From the NCBI GenBank assembly GCA_963829525.1, contig CAWHIJ010000003.1, positions 448,001 to 512,000 of the forward strand: a DNA stretch of 64,000 bases, read 5' to 3'. Below, one piece after another: positions 24,236 through 33,990 of the stretch. Origin of the DNA: an uncultured Actinomycetota bacterium. Lineage in GTDB: Bacteria; Actinomycetota; Actinomycetes; JAHEKZ01. The notes under the pieces are model-generated. The model was given only the letters and a program-made list of their open reading frames with translations. It was not told where the DNA came from and searched no databases. Made by a program: the position numbers and the translations under genes. The stretch's first letter is position 1. Every line of letters begins with the position of its first letter.

Positions 24236-25609
24236 GTGAACCAGACCTGGGTGCAACTTGCGTATCTTGCCGCCGCTGTCTGCTTCATTCTTGCCCTCAA
24301 GGGGCTCTCATCACCGAAGTACGCCAGACGCGGCAATCTGATCGGGGCTTTCGGCGCAACCCTTGCGGTAGTCGTGACGCTGGTCGCCGAACCGCTCGAC
24401 CACATGGTGCTGATCCTCGTGGCGATCGCGATCGGGACGGCGTTCGGTGTGCCTGCTGCGCGAACGGTTGCGATGACAGCCATGCCCCAGTTGGTAGCTC
24501 TCTTCAACGGGGTCGGTGGCGCAGCTGCCGCGATCGTCGCCATCGTTGAGTTCCTGGCCTCGGGCGAGCAGGAGTCGACGGTCACGCTGGCGGCCTCTGT
24601 CTTCACCGTCCTGGTGGGATCGGTGTCGTTCAGCGGGTCCGTGATCACCTTCCTGAAGCTGCAGGGCCTGATGACGTCGCGGCCGGTGGTTTTTCCTGGC
24701 ATGAAGTTCCTGTTGCCGCTCACCGCGGTCACTGCCGTTGCTCTGGGCGTGCTCGTCCTCACGACCACCTCGACGCAGATCGTATTTGCCCTGGCCGCCG
24801 TCTCGCTGCTGCTCGGTGTTCTCTTCGTCCTGCCTGTGGGCGGCGCCGACGTCCCGATCGTCATCTCGTTGCTCAACGCTTTCACCGGGCTCACCGTCGC
24901 GGCCTCCGGATTCGTTCTCGACAACGTGCTGCTGCTCGTAGCAGGAACGCTGGTCGGTGCGAGTGGAACCCTGCTGACACTCGCCTGATGGCAAAGGCCA
25001 TGGGACGCCCTCTTACCGGCACGCTCTTCGGTGCCTTCTCCGGTACGTCGACGCTGGGTGGCGGGCAGGCGTCGGAGCGGCCGGTGAAGTCGTTGGGACC
25101 GGCGGATGTCGCAGTGATGCTCGCCTATGCCGAGCGTGTTGTCATCGTCCCCGGTTACGGACTGGCGGTCGCTCAGGCTCAGGGTGCGCTGAAAGAGCTG
25201 GTCGACCTGCTGGGAGAGCGTGGTGTCGAGGTCTCCTACGGCATCCACCCCGTCGCAGGTCGGATGCCGGGTCATATGAACGTGCTTCTCGCCGAGGCCA
25301 ACGTGCCTTACGAGCAGCTCAAAGAGATGGACGAGATCAACCCTGACCTTCCGAGCACCGATGTGGCGCTCGTCGTCGGAGCGAACGACGTGGTCAACCC
25401 GGCGGCGCGAACCCCAGGTACCCCGATCTCGGGCATGCCGATCATCAATGTCGACCAAGCTCAGGCCGTTGTCTTCCTGAAGCGCTCCATGCGCCCCGGG
25501 TTCGCCGGCATCGACAACGAGCTGTTCTATCGACCCCAAGACTCAGCTGCTCTTCGGGGACGCCAAGGACACGCTGAGCCAGACGGTGACCGCGCTCAAG
25601 GGGCTGTGA
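24236..25609 (+). CDS. pntB: NAD(P) transhydrogenase beta subunit, two frameshifts (near 24980 and 25531)
   Basis: MPQLVALFNG, GGADVPIVISLLN, GASGTLL|MAKAMGR, PGYGLAVAQAQ, HPVAGRMPGHMNVLLAEA, GANDVVNPAA. The expected C-terminus DPKTQLLFGDAKDTL...KGL* is in a shifted frame ending at 25609. Confidence 0.9.
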
Positions 25610-25692
25610 GCCCTCGCGGGGCTTAAGGCCTAGGCAAGCCTGCCCCGCGTCTGACACCATCACGTGGGCGGGGTTGACAGGCGGAGGCTGTA

Positions 25693-26178
25693 ATGAGCGA
25701 CGAGATGGCGGCTGACTTCGCCCTGAGTGCAGCCCGCGAGGATGGCCTCTGGTCGGTTGTCGCGATGCCCCCGGCTGCGGCGGATGACCTAGACCAGATC
25801 ATTCACGCCTTGCGCCAGCAGCCGGGTGACGGCGGTTCGATAGGGCTGTTGTCGTTCTCGGAGGACTTCTTCGTCATCTTGCGGATCATGGGCGAGGAAG
25901 TCCGCATCTTGCTCAGCGACGTCACAGCGGCGTTCGACGCCCCGTTTGCCGGCCAGGTGCTCGATCGGCTCGAGCTTCCGATGCCCGACGGCGATGACGA
26001 GAACGATATCGAGCCCGCGGGCGACCTCGATCTCCTCGAAGACCTCGGTATCAGTCCGCTGCTGATGGCCGGCCTCTGTGACGATCTCGAGCTCTACCCC
26101 GACGACGTGTTCGGCCAGCTCGCTGAGCACATGGGGTTCTTCGAGCAGTACGAAGCAGCCATGCAACTCGTTGCTTGA
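25693..26178 (+). CDS. tRNA adenosine deaminase-associated acidic protein
   Basis: DFA...REDG.W, RILLSD, PAGDLDLLEDLG, LYPDD; conserved position upstream of tadA in Actinobacteria. Confidence 0.85.
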   Translation: MSDEMAADFALSAAREDGLWSVVAMPPAAADDLDQIIHALRQQPGDGGSIGLLSFSEDFFVILRIMGEEVRILLSDVTAAFDAPFAGQVLDRLELPMPDGDDENDIEPAGDLDLLEDLGISPLLMAGLCDDLELYPDDVFGQLAEHMGFFEQYEAAMQLVA

Positions 26179-26191
26179 CGCCGAGCACAGC

Positions 26192-26683
26192 ATGACTCAG
26201 GTCAACCCTCCCTATGCGGAGTTCATGCATCGAGCGCTTCTGGAAGCCCAGGTGGCGGCGCGTCACGGTGACGTCCCCATTGGTGCTGTGGTGATCGACG
26301 CGTCTGGCGAGGTGGTCGGCGCGGGCCACAATCGACGCGCGGCCGAGGGCGACCCAACCGCGCATGCCGAAGTGCTTGCCTTGCGGGACGCGGCGGCTCG
26401 TCTAGGCTCCTGGCGGCTGGACGACTGCACGCTCGTCGTCACCCTTGAGCCGTGCACCATGTGTGCCGGAGCAGTCGTGCAGGCACGGGTCGGGCGGCTG
26501 GTCTTCGGAGCGTGGAACGAGGAGATGGGTGCGGTCGGAACGCTGTGGGACGTTGTGCGCGACCGGCGGCTGCATCATCGGCCCGAGGTGGTCTCCGGAG
26601 TCCTGGCAGAGGAGTGTGGCGCCCTGCTGAAGTGGTTCTTCGCCGAGCACCGCGATTCTGGCGACGCTGACTCCATCGGGTAA
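26192..26683 (+). CDS. tadA: tRNA-specific adenosine deaminase
   Basis: DVPIGAVV, DPTAHAE, TLEPCTMCAGA. Confidence 0.93.
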   Translation: MTQVNPPYAEFMHRALLEAQVAARHGDVPIGAVVIDASGEVVGAGHNRRAAEGDPTAHAEVLALRDAAARLGSWRLDDCTLVVTLEPCTMCAGAVVQARVGRLVFGAWNEEMGAVGTLWDVVRDRRLHHRPEVVSGVLAEECGALLKWFFAEHRDSGDADSIG

Positions 26684-26693
26684 TCTCTGCGGC

Positions 26694-26783
26694 GGTGGCG
26701 TGTCCGAGCGGCCGAAGGAGCACGCCTCGAAAGCGTGTGAGGGGGCAACTCCTCCGTGGGTTCAAATCCCACCGCCACCGCCA
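26694..26783 (+). tRNA. tRNA-Ser(CGA)
   Basis: GGTGGCG/CGCCACC acceptor stem, anticodon arm CACGC-CTCGAAA-GCGTG, long variable arm, GGTTCAAATCC T loop, encoded CCA. Confidence 0.96.
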
Positions 26784-26869
26784 TACTTGCCCCGCGTCTG
26801 CATTTCTCGTGGGAGGAGCCTTCTGTTTGCTGGCTTCGCATGCCGTTGGCGAAGAGGAGGCGGGCGAGG

Positions 26870-27997
26870 ATGCGCGAAGACTTCACCTCCAGAATGCCGT
26901 CCGGGCGTCTTGAGTACCTGGACAACCTCAAGGTGCTGATGGTGGTGGGAGTGATCGTCGCGCATGCGACGTTCGCGTGGACTGCTGTGGGCAACTGGGT
27001 TGTCAAGGAGGAGCAGCTTCGTGAACCCGCGTTGACCTTAGTGACAATAGTTGCGGCAATCGCGGGTCTGTTCGGACTCGGGCTGTTCTTCCTCATTGCT
27101 GGGACTTTCACACCCCGGTCGTTCGACCGGAAAGGGCCCGCACGGTTTCTAGTAGACCGCACCGTGCGGCTTGGCGTGCCCATGCTCTTCTTCGTCATCT
27201 TCTTAAGCCCACTCGTGGAGTGGGTGGACGATGACAGTGTGGGTAAGTCCAGCGGTTTCTGGGCGTTCACGGTCGACATCTGGTGGCCCCCTGCGCCGGG
27301 ACCGACGTGGTTCTTGGGCGTGCTGCTGGCATTCTCAGCTGGGTACGCAGTCGTGCGTATGGTGCGTCCGGCGTCTCGCCGCCAGGAAACTCTGAGTTGG
27401 AAGCCCCTGATCCTGGCTGGAGCCGTCATCGCGGTGACGTCGTTTGTCGTCCGACTGGGCGTGCCTCTGGGGGAGGAGGTTTTCAGGCTCGCTCTGGGGC
27501 AGTCTCCGGGGTGGGTGCTCGGTTTCGTCGTTGGTTGCCTTGGAGGCGAGCGCGGCTGGTTCGAAATGGTCCCGCCGAAGCTTGCTCGGGGGTGCGGATG
27601 GTTGGGGTGGAGCTCGGCGGTGGCGATCGTCGGCATCATTGCTGCATCGGTGGCCACCGGAGGGGGGCCGGAGGACTTTGCAGGTGGGGCCAACTGGCCG
27701 TCCTTGCTGTTGGTGTTCGTCGAAGCGGGCCTTGTGATCGGGATGTCGATCTGGTTGATCGACCTCTTCCGTAAGCGTTTCAACCGGCAAGGGCCGCTGC
27801 TGTCGGAGATGAGCCGCGGCGCATTCGCAGCCTTCCTTCTCCATCAGGTGGTGCTGGTAGGTGCCGTCTTGGTCACCCGCGAGGTGGACTTGGGTCCGGA
27901 GCTTGAGTTCCTGCTGGCCTGCATGCTGGGGATCGCTGGATCCTTTGGGTTGGCGTCGTTGATGGTACGTATCCCAGGCGTGTCGCGATTCGTGTGA
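26870..27997 (+). CDS. Acyltransferase 3 family membrane protein
   Basis: RLEYLDNLK...VIVAH, LFFLIAG, RTVRLGVP, GPTWFL, FLLHQ; about 10 hydrophobic segments. Confidence 0.85.
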   Translation: MREDFTSRMPSGRLEYLDNLKVLMVVGVIVAHATFAWTAVGNWVVKEEQLREPALTLVTIVAAIAGLFGLGLFFLIAGTFTPRSFDRKGPARFLVDRTVRLGVPMLFFVIFLSPLVEWVDDDSVGKSSGFWAFTVDIWWPPAPGPTWFLGVLLAFSAGYAVVRMVRPASRRQETLSWKPLILAGAVIAVTSFVVRLGVPLGEEVFRLALGQSPGWVLGFVVGCLGGERGWFEMVPPKLARGCGWLGWSSAVAIVGIIAASVATGGGPEDFAGGANWPSLLLVFVEAGLVIGMSIWLIDLFRKRFNRQGPLLSEMSRGAFAAFLLHQVVLVGAVLVTREVDLGPELEFLLACMLGIAGSFGLASLMVRIPGVSRFV

Positions 27998-28121
27998 GTG
28001 GTCGGGAGGCGGTTGGGTGCTGACTCGCAGGACCGTAGACACGCAACCTCGGCGTCACCCTCATACTTCGTGCAGAGGGTTCGGCACTTCGGCCGGCCCG
28101 CCGAGGGTCGGGAGGCCAACC

Positions 28122-28433
28122 ATGTGGGCTCAACTCATCAAGATGCGCGCCAAGCCAAATCGAGAACAAGACTTGATGGAGATGCATGGTCGGATCCAGG
28201 CATTGGAAGAACCCGGATCGGGCCTGCTCCGCACCACCATCGGGTGGGACCAGAAGGACCCGCAGGTCTCCTACGTGTTGGTCGTCTTCGAGAGCGAAGA
28301 GAAAGCGCGCGCTCGCGAGCAGAGCCCACGTCGCCAAGAGGCCATGGCTGCCGTCATGAGCACTATGGGCGACGTGCTGGAAGGTCCCCCTGAGTTCATC
28401 GACCTAACTGTGGCTCAGGACGTCACCCCGTAG
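28122..28433 (+). CDS. Small hypothetical protein (ABM-like dimeric alpha/beta barrel)
   Basis: GGAGG RBS; VVFESEEKARARE...GPPEFIDL pattern. Confidence 0.7.
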   Translation: MWAQLIKMRAKPNREQDLMEMHGRIQALEEPGSGLLRTTIGWDQKDPQVSYVLVVFESEEKARAREQSPRRQEAMAAVMSTMGDVLEGPPEFIDLTVAQDVTP

Positions 28434-28472
28434 CCGGGGACGTCACGGCTTGTGGCGCGCGCGACCCAGCCG

Positions 28473-29390
28473 CTACGGAGTCACACCGAAAGTCGACAGG
28501 AAGTCGAGGTCGTCGGCTTGATCGAGGCGGTAACCTCCGGTGCCGTCGGAGCAGGTCGGGCTGATCCCGTACGACGTGACCGCGACAACGGTCGTGGAGT
28601 CTCCGCGGAAGATCGGGCCGCCTGAGTCACCGAAGCATGTGCCGCCGGTCGTGTTCGTACCCTTGTTGCTCGAGAACTTCGCTGAAGTTCCCTTGCCTGA
28701 CCCCGCGACTCCGTTGAGGTTGACGAGTCGCTGTTGCGCCTTGCGACGGGTGTCGCCGCCGAAGGAGGAGTTGAGCTTCGATCCTTCGAGCCCGTACCCA
28801 ACGGCTTCGAATGTCAGGTGCGACTTCTTCTTGACCAGGGTGTTGAGCAGTCCCTCATCTGGCAGTTGTCCATAGGTGTCGGAGTCGACCGGCTTGTCCA
28901 GGACGAGGACGCCAAGATCGTGCTTGTAAAAGAGTGCGTCGTCGTACTGCGGGTGCGCGAAGGCGGTTGCCTCGAGCCAGTTGGGGTCGGCGTTGAGCGC
29001 AGCCTTACGATCGAGATACCGCTGCTCGTTGCGGTCAGGGATGTAGTTGGCGCTCGGCGGGAACGACGAGAAGTCTGGAATCTCGGAGAAGTTAATCCAG
29101 ACGTCGTTGCCGTCTGAGCCGGTCGTCGGCCTGCCGTCCTGGCCGATACCGAACGCGCAGTGGCCGGCGGTCACGACGACGGTTGGGCTCACGAGAGTGC
29201 CGCTGCAGGTGTACCAGCTGCCCGGGTCGGTGAAGCGTGAGTCGACGGCGTCCGGGACGTAGAAGAGGAGCTCACCCACGAAGGGGTGCTCACCGTTGTC
29301 GGCCTGGCCGTTGACGATGGCTTGAGCGGGCATTGACAGGCCAAGCATCGCGAAAACGGCGACAACGGTGATCAAGATCTTGGTGCGCAT
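28473..29390 (-). CDS. Secreted trypsin-like (S1) serine protease
   Basis: Signal peptide then IVNG; CSGTL...TAGHC, HDLGVLVL and CFGDSGGP catalytic motifs. Confidence 0.9.
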   Translation of the reverse strand: MRTKILITVVAVFAMLGLSMPAQAIVNGQADNGEHPFVGELLFYVPDAVDSRFTDPGSWYTCSGTLVSPTVVVTAGHCAFGIGQDGRPTTGSDGNDVWINFSEIPDFSSFPPSANYIPDRNEQRYLDRKAALNADPNWLEATAFAHPQYDDALFYKHDLGVLVLDKPVDSDTYGQLPDEGLLNTLVKKKSHLTFEAVGYGLEGSKLNSSFGGDTRRKAQQRLVNLNGVAGSGKGTSAKFSSNKGTNTTGGTCFGDSGGPIFRGDSTTVVAVTSYGISPTCSDGTGGYRLDQADDLDFLSTFGVTP

Positions 29391-29541
29391 GCAGTGGTCT
29401 CCTTCAGATTCGTGCTGTGGACGCCAGGGGCTATCTGCGACGTGACCCTTGTCCCTTGACCGTACGTGGTGGAGCCCCCCCATGCGACCGAACCGACAAA
29501 GTCGAGCCCCAGATACCCCCAGGGCTCTCTACTCTCGGGTT

Positions 29542-29946
29542 ATGCGCACCCAGCTGATTGACGTACACACCGGCGACCGTGACATCGTGCTGGACCTCAC
29601 CCCCGACTGCGCTAACTTCGTCAGCGACCAGCCGGACGGCCTGCTGCACATCTTCGTGCCGCACGCCACGGCCGGGATCGCCATCCTGGAGACGGGGGCG
29701 GGCAGCGATGAAGACCTGCTCGTGGCGCTGCGCGAGCTGCTCCCGGCCGATGACCGCTGGGTTCATCGTCACGGCAGCCGGGGCCACGGGCGCTCACATG
29801 TGCTGCCGGCCCTGATCCCCCCTTATGCCACGGTGCCTGTTGTGGGTGGCGGCCTACAGCTTGGCATCTGGCAGAGCATCTGCATGGTCGATCTCAACGT
29901 CGACAACGCGCAGCGGCACGTCAGACTCAGCCTCATCCCCGCGTAG
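29542..29946 (+). CDS. yjbQ: YjbQ / UPF0047 family protein
   Basis: FVPHATAG, W.HRHGS.GHG..H and LGIWQSI motifs. Confidence 0.88.
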   Translation: MRTQLIDVHTGDRDIVLDLTPDCANFVSDQPDGLLHIFVPHATAGIAILETGAGSDEDLLVALRELLPADDRWVHRHGSRGHGRSHVLPALIPPYATVPVVGGGLQLGIWQSICMVDLNVDNAQRHVRLSLIPA

Positions 29947-30000
29947 GCCGAGCGCCACCAGCCGTACGGCCTCAACTCGCCCCCGACCTTGGACAGACAG

Positions 30001-30567
30001 TCACGGTTTTCGGCAGACGGGCTTGCCCGGCGGCAGGGTGACGGCTCGGGGATCGGCGTTCTCGGTCGACAGCACCCGGTCGAAGTCCGGACCCAACCAG
30101 AGGGCGACAGGTGCACCGTCGACCCGCCTCACCTGGACCAGCTCGGAACCGGCGACGTAGGACGCGACGGTGGCAGCGGCCGCCACGTCTGCCTTCCGGT
30201 AACGAACCAGAGCGACGCCCTGCTTGACCGGCTTGTCGGTATTGCGGACGCCCGAGACGACGAAGCCGCGGGCGGCGAGGGTATCGGCGGTCTCAACGGC
30301 CAGCCCGCTGCGCTCAGTGCCGTTGGCCACGGTGAGGGTCACGTCGGCGGGCGTTGGGAACTTCTTCGGCGCCTCGGGCGTCGGCGTCGTGCAGGTGCGA
30401 CTCGGCGACGCTGCGGGTGCAGACACGTCCTCCGGCCGCTGCGTGAGCCACCACCATGCCCCGTAAGCGGCGGCTGCTACGAGAGCCAGGATCGCCAGCG
30501 CAGCGAGCGCCTTGGGCCAGCGGCGAGGTCGCCGGGGCCCAGCGCCCAGTGGGGTCAGCATCGTCAC
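30001..30567 (-). CDS. LytR C-terminal domain membrane protein
   Basis: Single TM helix; V.NGT.RSGLA...L..RGF and LGPDF motifs. Confidence 0.85.
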   Translation of the reverse strand: MTMLTPLGAGPRRPRRWPKALAALAILALVAAAAYGAWWWLTQRPEDVSAPAASPSRTCTTPTPEAPKKFPTPADVTLTVANGTERSGLAVETADTLAARGFVVSGVRNTDKPVKQGVALVRYRKADVAAAATVASYVAGSELVQVRRVDGAPVALWLGPDFDRVLSTENADPRAVTLPPGKPVCRKP

Positions 30568-30656
30568 TGGGGAACCCTAACCAAGGGTCGTGACACACCG
30601 CGCCACCCTGTTGAGCGACGTTGGGAGCGGAGTCTCGGAGGCTCGGAGCCGCAGAG

Positions 30657-30741
30657 CGGAGGATGCGGGATTCGAACCCGCGAGGGCGTTAACCCAACAC
30701 GCTTTCCAAGCGTGCGCCATAGGCCACTAGGCGAATCCTCC
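30657..30741 (-). tRNA. tRNA-Ser(GGA)
   Basis: Minus strand GGAGGAT...ATCCTCC-G, anticodon arm CACGC-TTGGAAA-GCGTG, long variable arm, GGTTCGAATCC. Confidence 0.96.
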
Positions 30742-30800
30742 GCCGCAGAGATTACCGGGTGTGAGCGCTAACCCCCGCAGCGGCCGCTGATGCCGGCGAA

Positions 30801-30850
30801 TCTGCAGTAGATGCCCAGATAGCGGCGGCAGGGTGGTCATCTACTGCAGA
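30801..30850. repeat. 13-bp perfect inverted repeat with 24-nt spacer (REP-like)
   Basis: TCTGCAGTAGATG (30801-30813) and CATCTACTGCAGA (30838-30850). Confidence 0.6.
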
Positions 30851-30898
30851 CTCGACGGGGCGGGACCCCCTTGGCCAGGTCCGCGTAGAATGTCTGTC

Positions 30899-30986
30899 GA
30901 CCCCTCGTGCGGCGTCACCTCATCGAACTCCCCCAGGGCCGGAAGGCAGCAAGGGTAGGCGGGCTCTGGCGGGTGCGCGGGGGGTC
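30899..30986 (+). ncRNA. ffs: Signal recognition particle 4.5S RNA
   Basis: Helix-8 motif CAGGGCCGGAAGGCAGC, terminal pairing GACCCC/GGGGTC, TAGAAT -10 just upstream, canonical position before dnaX. Confidence 0.92.
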
Positions 30987-31021
30987 ACTTGCTGTCCGGG
31001 TCTGGGGCTAGGGTCGTCCCC

Positions 31022-32935
31022 GTGTCGACCGCCCTTTACCGCCGCTACCGCCCCGAGCGGTTCGCTGACCTGATCGGGCAGGAGCACGTCACCGGGCCCC
31101 TCATGCAGGCGCTGGCGCACGACCGCGTCACACACGCCTACTTGTTCTCCGGTCCACGCGGCTGCGGCAAGACCACCTCTGCCCGGATCCTTGCGCGCTG
31201 CCTCAACTGTGAGCAAGGTCCCACTGCTGAACCGTGTGGGGAGTGCCAGAGCTGTCGTGACCTCGCGCGCGGTGGCCCCGGAAACATCGACGTCATCGAG
31301 ATCGACGCGGCCAGCCACGGTGGCGTCGACGACGCTCGCGAGCTGCGCGACCGGGCCTTCTTCGCGCCGGCGTCGTCGCGCTACAAGATCTACATCATCG
31401 ACGAGGCGCACATGGTCTCGACCCAGGGCTTCAACGCCCTGCTCAAGGTGGTCGAGGAACCACCGCCCCACGTGAAGTTCGTCTTCGCCACCACCGAACC
31501 CGAGAAGGTCATCGGGACGATCAGGTCGCGGACGCACCACTACCCGTTCCGTCTCGTTCCGTCGCGCATCCTCGAGGACTACCTGGCCACGGTCTGTGAG
31601 TCTGAGGGCATCACCGTCGAGCCGGGTGTGCTCGCGGCCGTGGTCCGCGCCGGAGCTGGCTCGGTGCGTGACTCGTTGAGCGTCCTCGACCAGCTCATCG
31701 GAGGGGCAGAGGCCCAGCATCTTTCCTACGAGCGCACCGTCCAGCTGCTCGGCTTCACGCCGGCAGCTCTGCTCGACGAGATCGTCGACGCCATCGCCAG
31801 CAGCGATGGCGCGGCTCTCTTCGGTGTCATCGACTCGGTCATCGATGCCGGGCTCGATCCAGAGCGCTTCATGAAAGATCTACTCGAGCGATTCCGCGAC
31901 CTGGTGATCATCGCTGCGGTCGAGGACGCCTTCGAGCGGCGCCTTGTGGGCGGATCGGACGACCAGCGGTCGCGGCTTCAGTCGCAGGCTGACCGGATCG
32001 GACTGGCTGCTCTGACCAGGGGCACCGAGCTGGTCGCCACTGGAATCGCGGACATGAAGGGCCCGACACCACCGCGTCTGCACCTCGAGCTGGTGAGCGC
32101 CAAGCTGCTGCTTCCTGGCGCCCACGACGATGATCTCAGCTTGGCCGCGCGCCTCGACCGAATCGAGCGACGCCTGGCCATTGCCGGTACGTCGGAGGCA
32201 TCGGACGCCCCTCGGCGGGGACCAAGGCCGACACCATCGACATCCGGTGCCCCTCGCGCATCAGCTGGCGACACATCGACCCCGGCACCTCCGCCGCCCG
32301 CCCCGCAGCCGACGCCACCCGACCTTGCTTCGGAGGCACAAGCTGAGGTCAGAGCGCCGGCCGCCGATGGGACTGCCCAACCAGCCGGAGGGCACGCGAC
32401 GACACCGGCTTCAGGAGGCTCAGAGGTCCACGAGCTCCGCCGCATGTGGCCGAACGTGCTCAACCGGGTCAAGGACTACCGCCGAGTCACGTGGGCCCAG
32501 CTCTTCGAGAAGTCGGACGTGCTTGGAGTCGACGACAAGCAGCTGCAGATCGGTTTGCAGGACGTCGGGGCGCATCGGGCGTTCTCGCAGGGCGGCCACG
32601 ATGAGATCGTCCGACAGGCACTGATCGATGTGGTGGGGCTCGACCTCACGGTGGTCGCTGTCCTTGATCCTTCCGTCTCGGGATCGGCTCCCACCCCTGG
32701 ACCGGCGGCTGCGATGCCAGCCCCGGCAAGCGCCCCACCTGCGGCAGCGGCCCAAGCCCGCGCAGCCGCAGCAGCCGTCGACGGTCCGGTGGTGGGCAAA
32801 GAACGGGGCTCCGACGTCGACGACGCCGAGGTCGCACTCGACGACGCCGATGCCGAGGACGATGGGCTGGCCGGTCCAGAACTGATCGCCCAGCAGCTCG
32901 GTGGCACCGTGATCGGCGAGATCGACCACGCCTGA
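31022..32935 (+). CDS. dnaX: DNA polymerase III subunit gamma/tau
   Basis: ALYRRYRP, GPRGCGKTT, EIDAASH, IIDEAHM, TIRSR; Pro/Ala-rich linker. Confidence 0.97.
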   Translation: MSTALYRRYRPERFADLIGQEHVTGPLMQALAHDRVTHAYLFSGPRGCGKTTSARILARCLNCEQGPTAEPCGECQSCRDLARGGPGNIDVIEIDAASHGGVDDARELRDRAFFAPASSRYKIYIIDEAHMVSTQGFNALLKVVEEPPPHVKFVFATTEPEKVIGTIRSRTHHYPFRLVPSRILEDYLATVCESEGITVEPGVLAAVVRAGAGSVRDSLSVLDQLIGGAEAQHLSYERTVQLLGFTPAALLDEIVDAIASSDGAALFGVIDSVIDAGLDPERFMKDLLERFRDLVIIAAVEDAFERRLVGGSDDQRSRLQSQADRIGLAALTRGTELVATGIADMKGPTPPRLHLELVSAKLLLPGAHDDDLSLAARLDRIERRLAIAGTSEASDAPRRGPRPTPSTSGAPRASAGDTSTPAPPPPAPQPTPPDLASEAQAEVRAPAADGTAQPAGGHATTPASGGSEVHELRRMWPNVLNRVKDYRRVTWAQLFEKSDVLGVDDKQLQIGLQDVGAHRAFSQGGHDEIVRQALIDVVGLDLTVVAVLDPSVSGSAPTPGPAAAMPAPASAPPAAAAQARAAAAAVDGPVVGKERGSDVDDAEVALDDADAEDDGLAGPELIAQQLGGTVIGEIDHA

Positions 32936-33011
32936 CCCGGCGCCGCGTGCTGGCGCCGACCATGGTCGGTCGCTCCCCGTACAGTGGACGCAGGCGATGA
33001 CAGGAGCGATC

Positions 33012-33344
33012 ATGACCGAAGGTATGCCGGATCTCTCCGGGCTGTTGGCACAGGCTCAGCAGATGCAGGCTCAGTTGGCTGCGACGCAAGAGCAGCTCGC
33101 CCAGGAGCGCATCACCGGAAAGGCCGGCGGCGGCCTCGTTGCGGCCACGGTGACCGGTGCCGGAGAACTCGTCGGACTCTCGATCGCCTCTGAAGTTGCC
33201 GATCCCGACGACACCGAGACACTTGCCGATCTCGTTCTGGCCGCTTACCGCGATGCCTCGAACCAGGTGGCCGCCAAGCAGCAGCAAGCCATGGGCCCGC
33301 TGGCTCAGGGGCTCGGTGGCCTTGGTCTGGCGGGCAGTGGCTGA
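33012..33344 (+). CDS. ybaB: YbaB/EbfC nucleoid-associated protein
   Basis: QAQQMQ, G.AGGGLV, DPDD.ETL.DLV; lies between dnaX and recR. Confidence 0.92.
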   Translation: MTEGMPDLSGLLAQAQQMQAQLAATQEQLAQERITGKAGGGLVAATVTGAGELVGLSIASEVADPDDTETLADLVLAAYRDASNQVAAKQQQAMGPLAQGLGGLGLAGSG

Positions 33345-33943
33345 TGTACGAAGGCATCGTCCAAGACCTGATCGACGAGCTCGGCAGACTCCCCGGCGTC
33401 GGTCCAAAGTCTGCCCAGCGCATTGCCTTCCACCTGCTCGCTGCTGAGCCAGAAGACGTTCGTCGGTTGGCGGAGGTACTCCTTGAGGTAAAGGCCAAGG
33501 TGCGCTTCTGTCGAGTCTGCGGCAACGTCGCCGAGTCAGAGGAATGCCGCATCTGCCAAGATCCGCGCCGCGACCTGTCCGTCATCTGCGTGGTCGAGGA
33601 GTCCAAAGACGTCGTCGCCGTCGAAAGGACGCGCGAGTTCCGTGGCCGCTATCACGTCCTTGGTGGCGCGATCAGCCCGATCGAGGGCATTGGCCCCGAC
33701 GACCTCCGCGTCAAAGAGCTCATGGTCCGCCTTGCTGACGGAACGGTCACCGAGCTGATCTTGGCCACCGACCCCAACCTCGAGGGTGAGGCTACGGCCA
33801 CCTACCTGGCCCGACTGGTCAAGCCGATGGGGTTGACTGTCTCGCGTCTGGCCAGTGGACTTCCGGTAGGGGGAGACCTCGAGTACGCCGACGAGGTCAC
33901 CCTTGGGCGTGCCTTCGAGGGACGACGCAGCCTCGAGGTGTAG
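33344..33943 (+). CDS. recR: Recombination mediator RecR
   Basis: [12 protein letters not shown]4 zinc finger, Toprim [20 protein letters not shown]. Confidence 0.97.
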   Translation: MYEGIVQDLIDELGRLPGVGPKSAQRIAFHLLAAEPEDVRRLAEVLLEVKAKVRFCRVCGNVAESEECRICQDPRRDLSVICVVEESKDVVAVERTREFRGRYHVLGGAISPIEGIGPDDLRVKELMVRLADGTVTELILATDPNLEGEATATYLARLVKPMGLTVSRLASGLPVGGDLEYADEVTLGRAFEGRRSLEV

Positions 33944-33990
33944 ACAAGGATGTCGGGCATCGCAGTGAGCGCCCACGAGCAGCGAGGTGA

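Noticed and set aside
23875-25539. Long antisense ORFs (e.g. 554 aa here, 10991..12112, 26575..27783)
   Set aside because: Shadow frames opposite well-supported genes, expected in high-GC DNA.
26784-30656. Genomic island integrated at tRNA-Ser
   Set aside because: No duplicated tRNA 3' end and no integrase were found in this block.
31022-32935. Programmed frameshift in dnaX
   Set aside because: No A-rich slippery heptamer or long A run was seen; it is a single continuous ORF.
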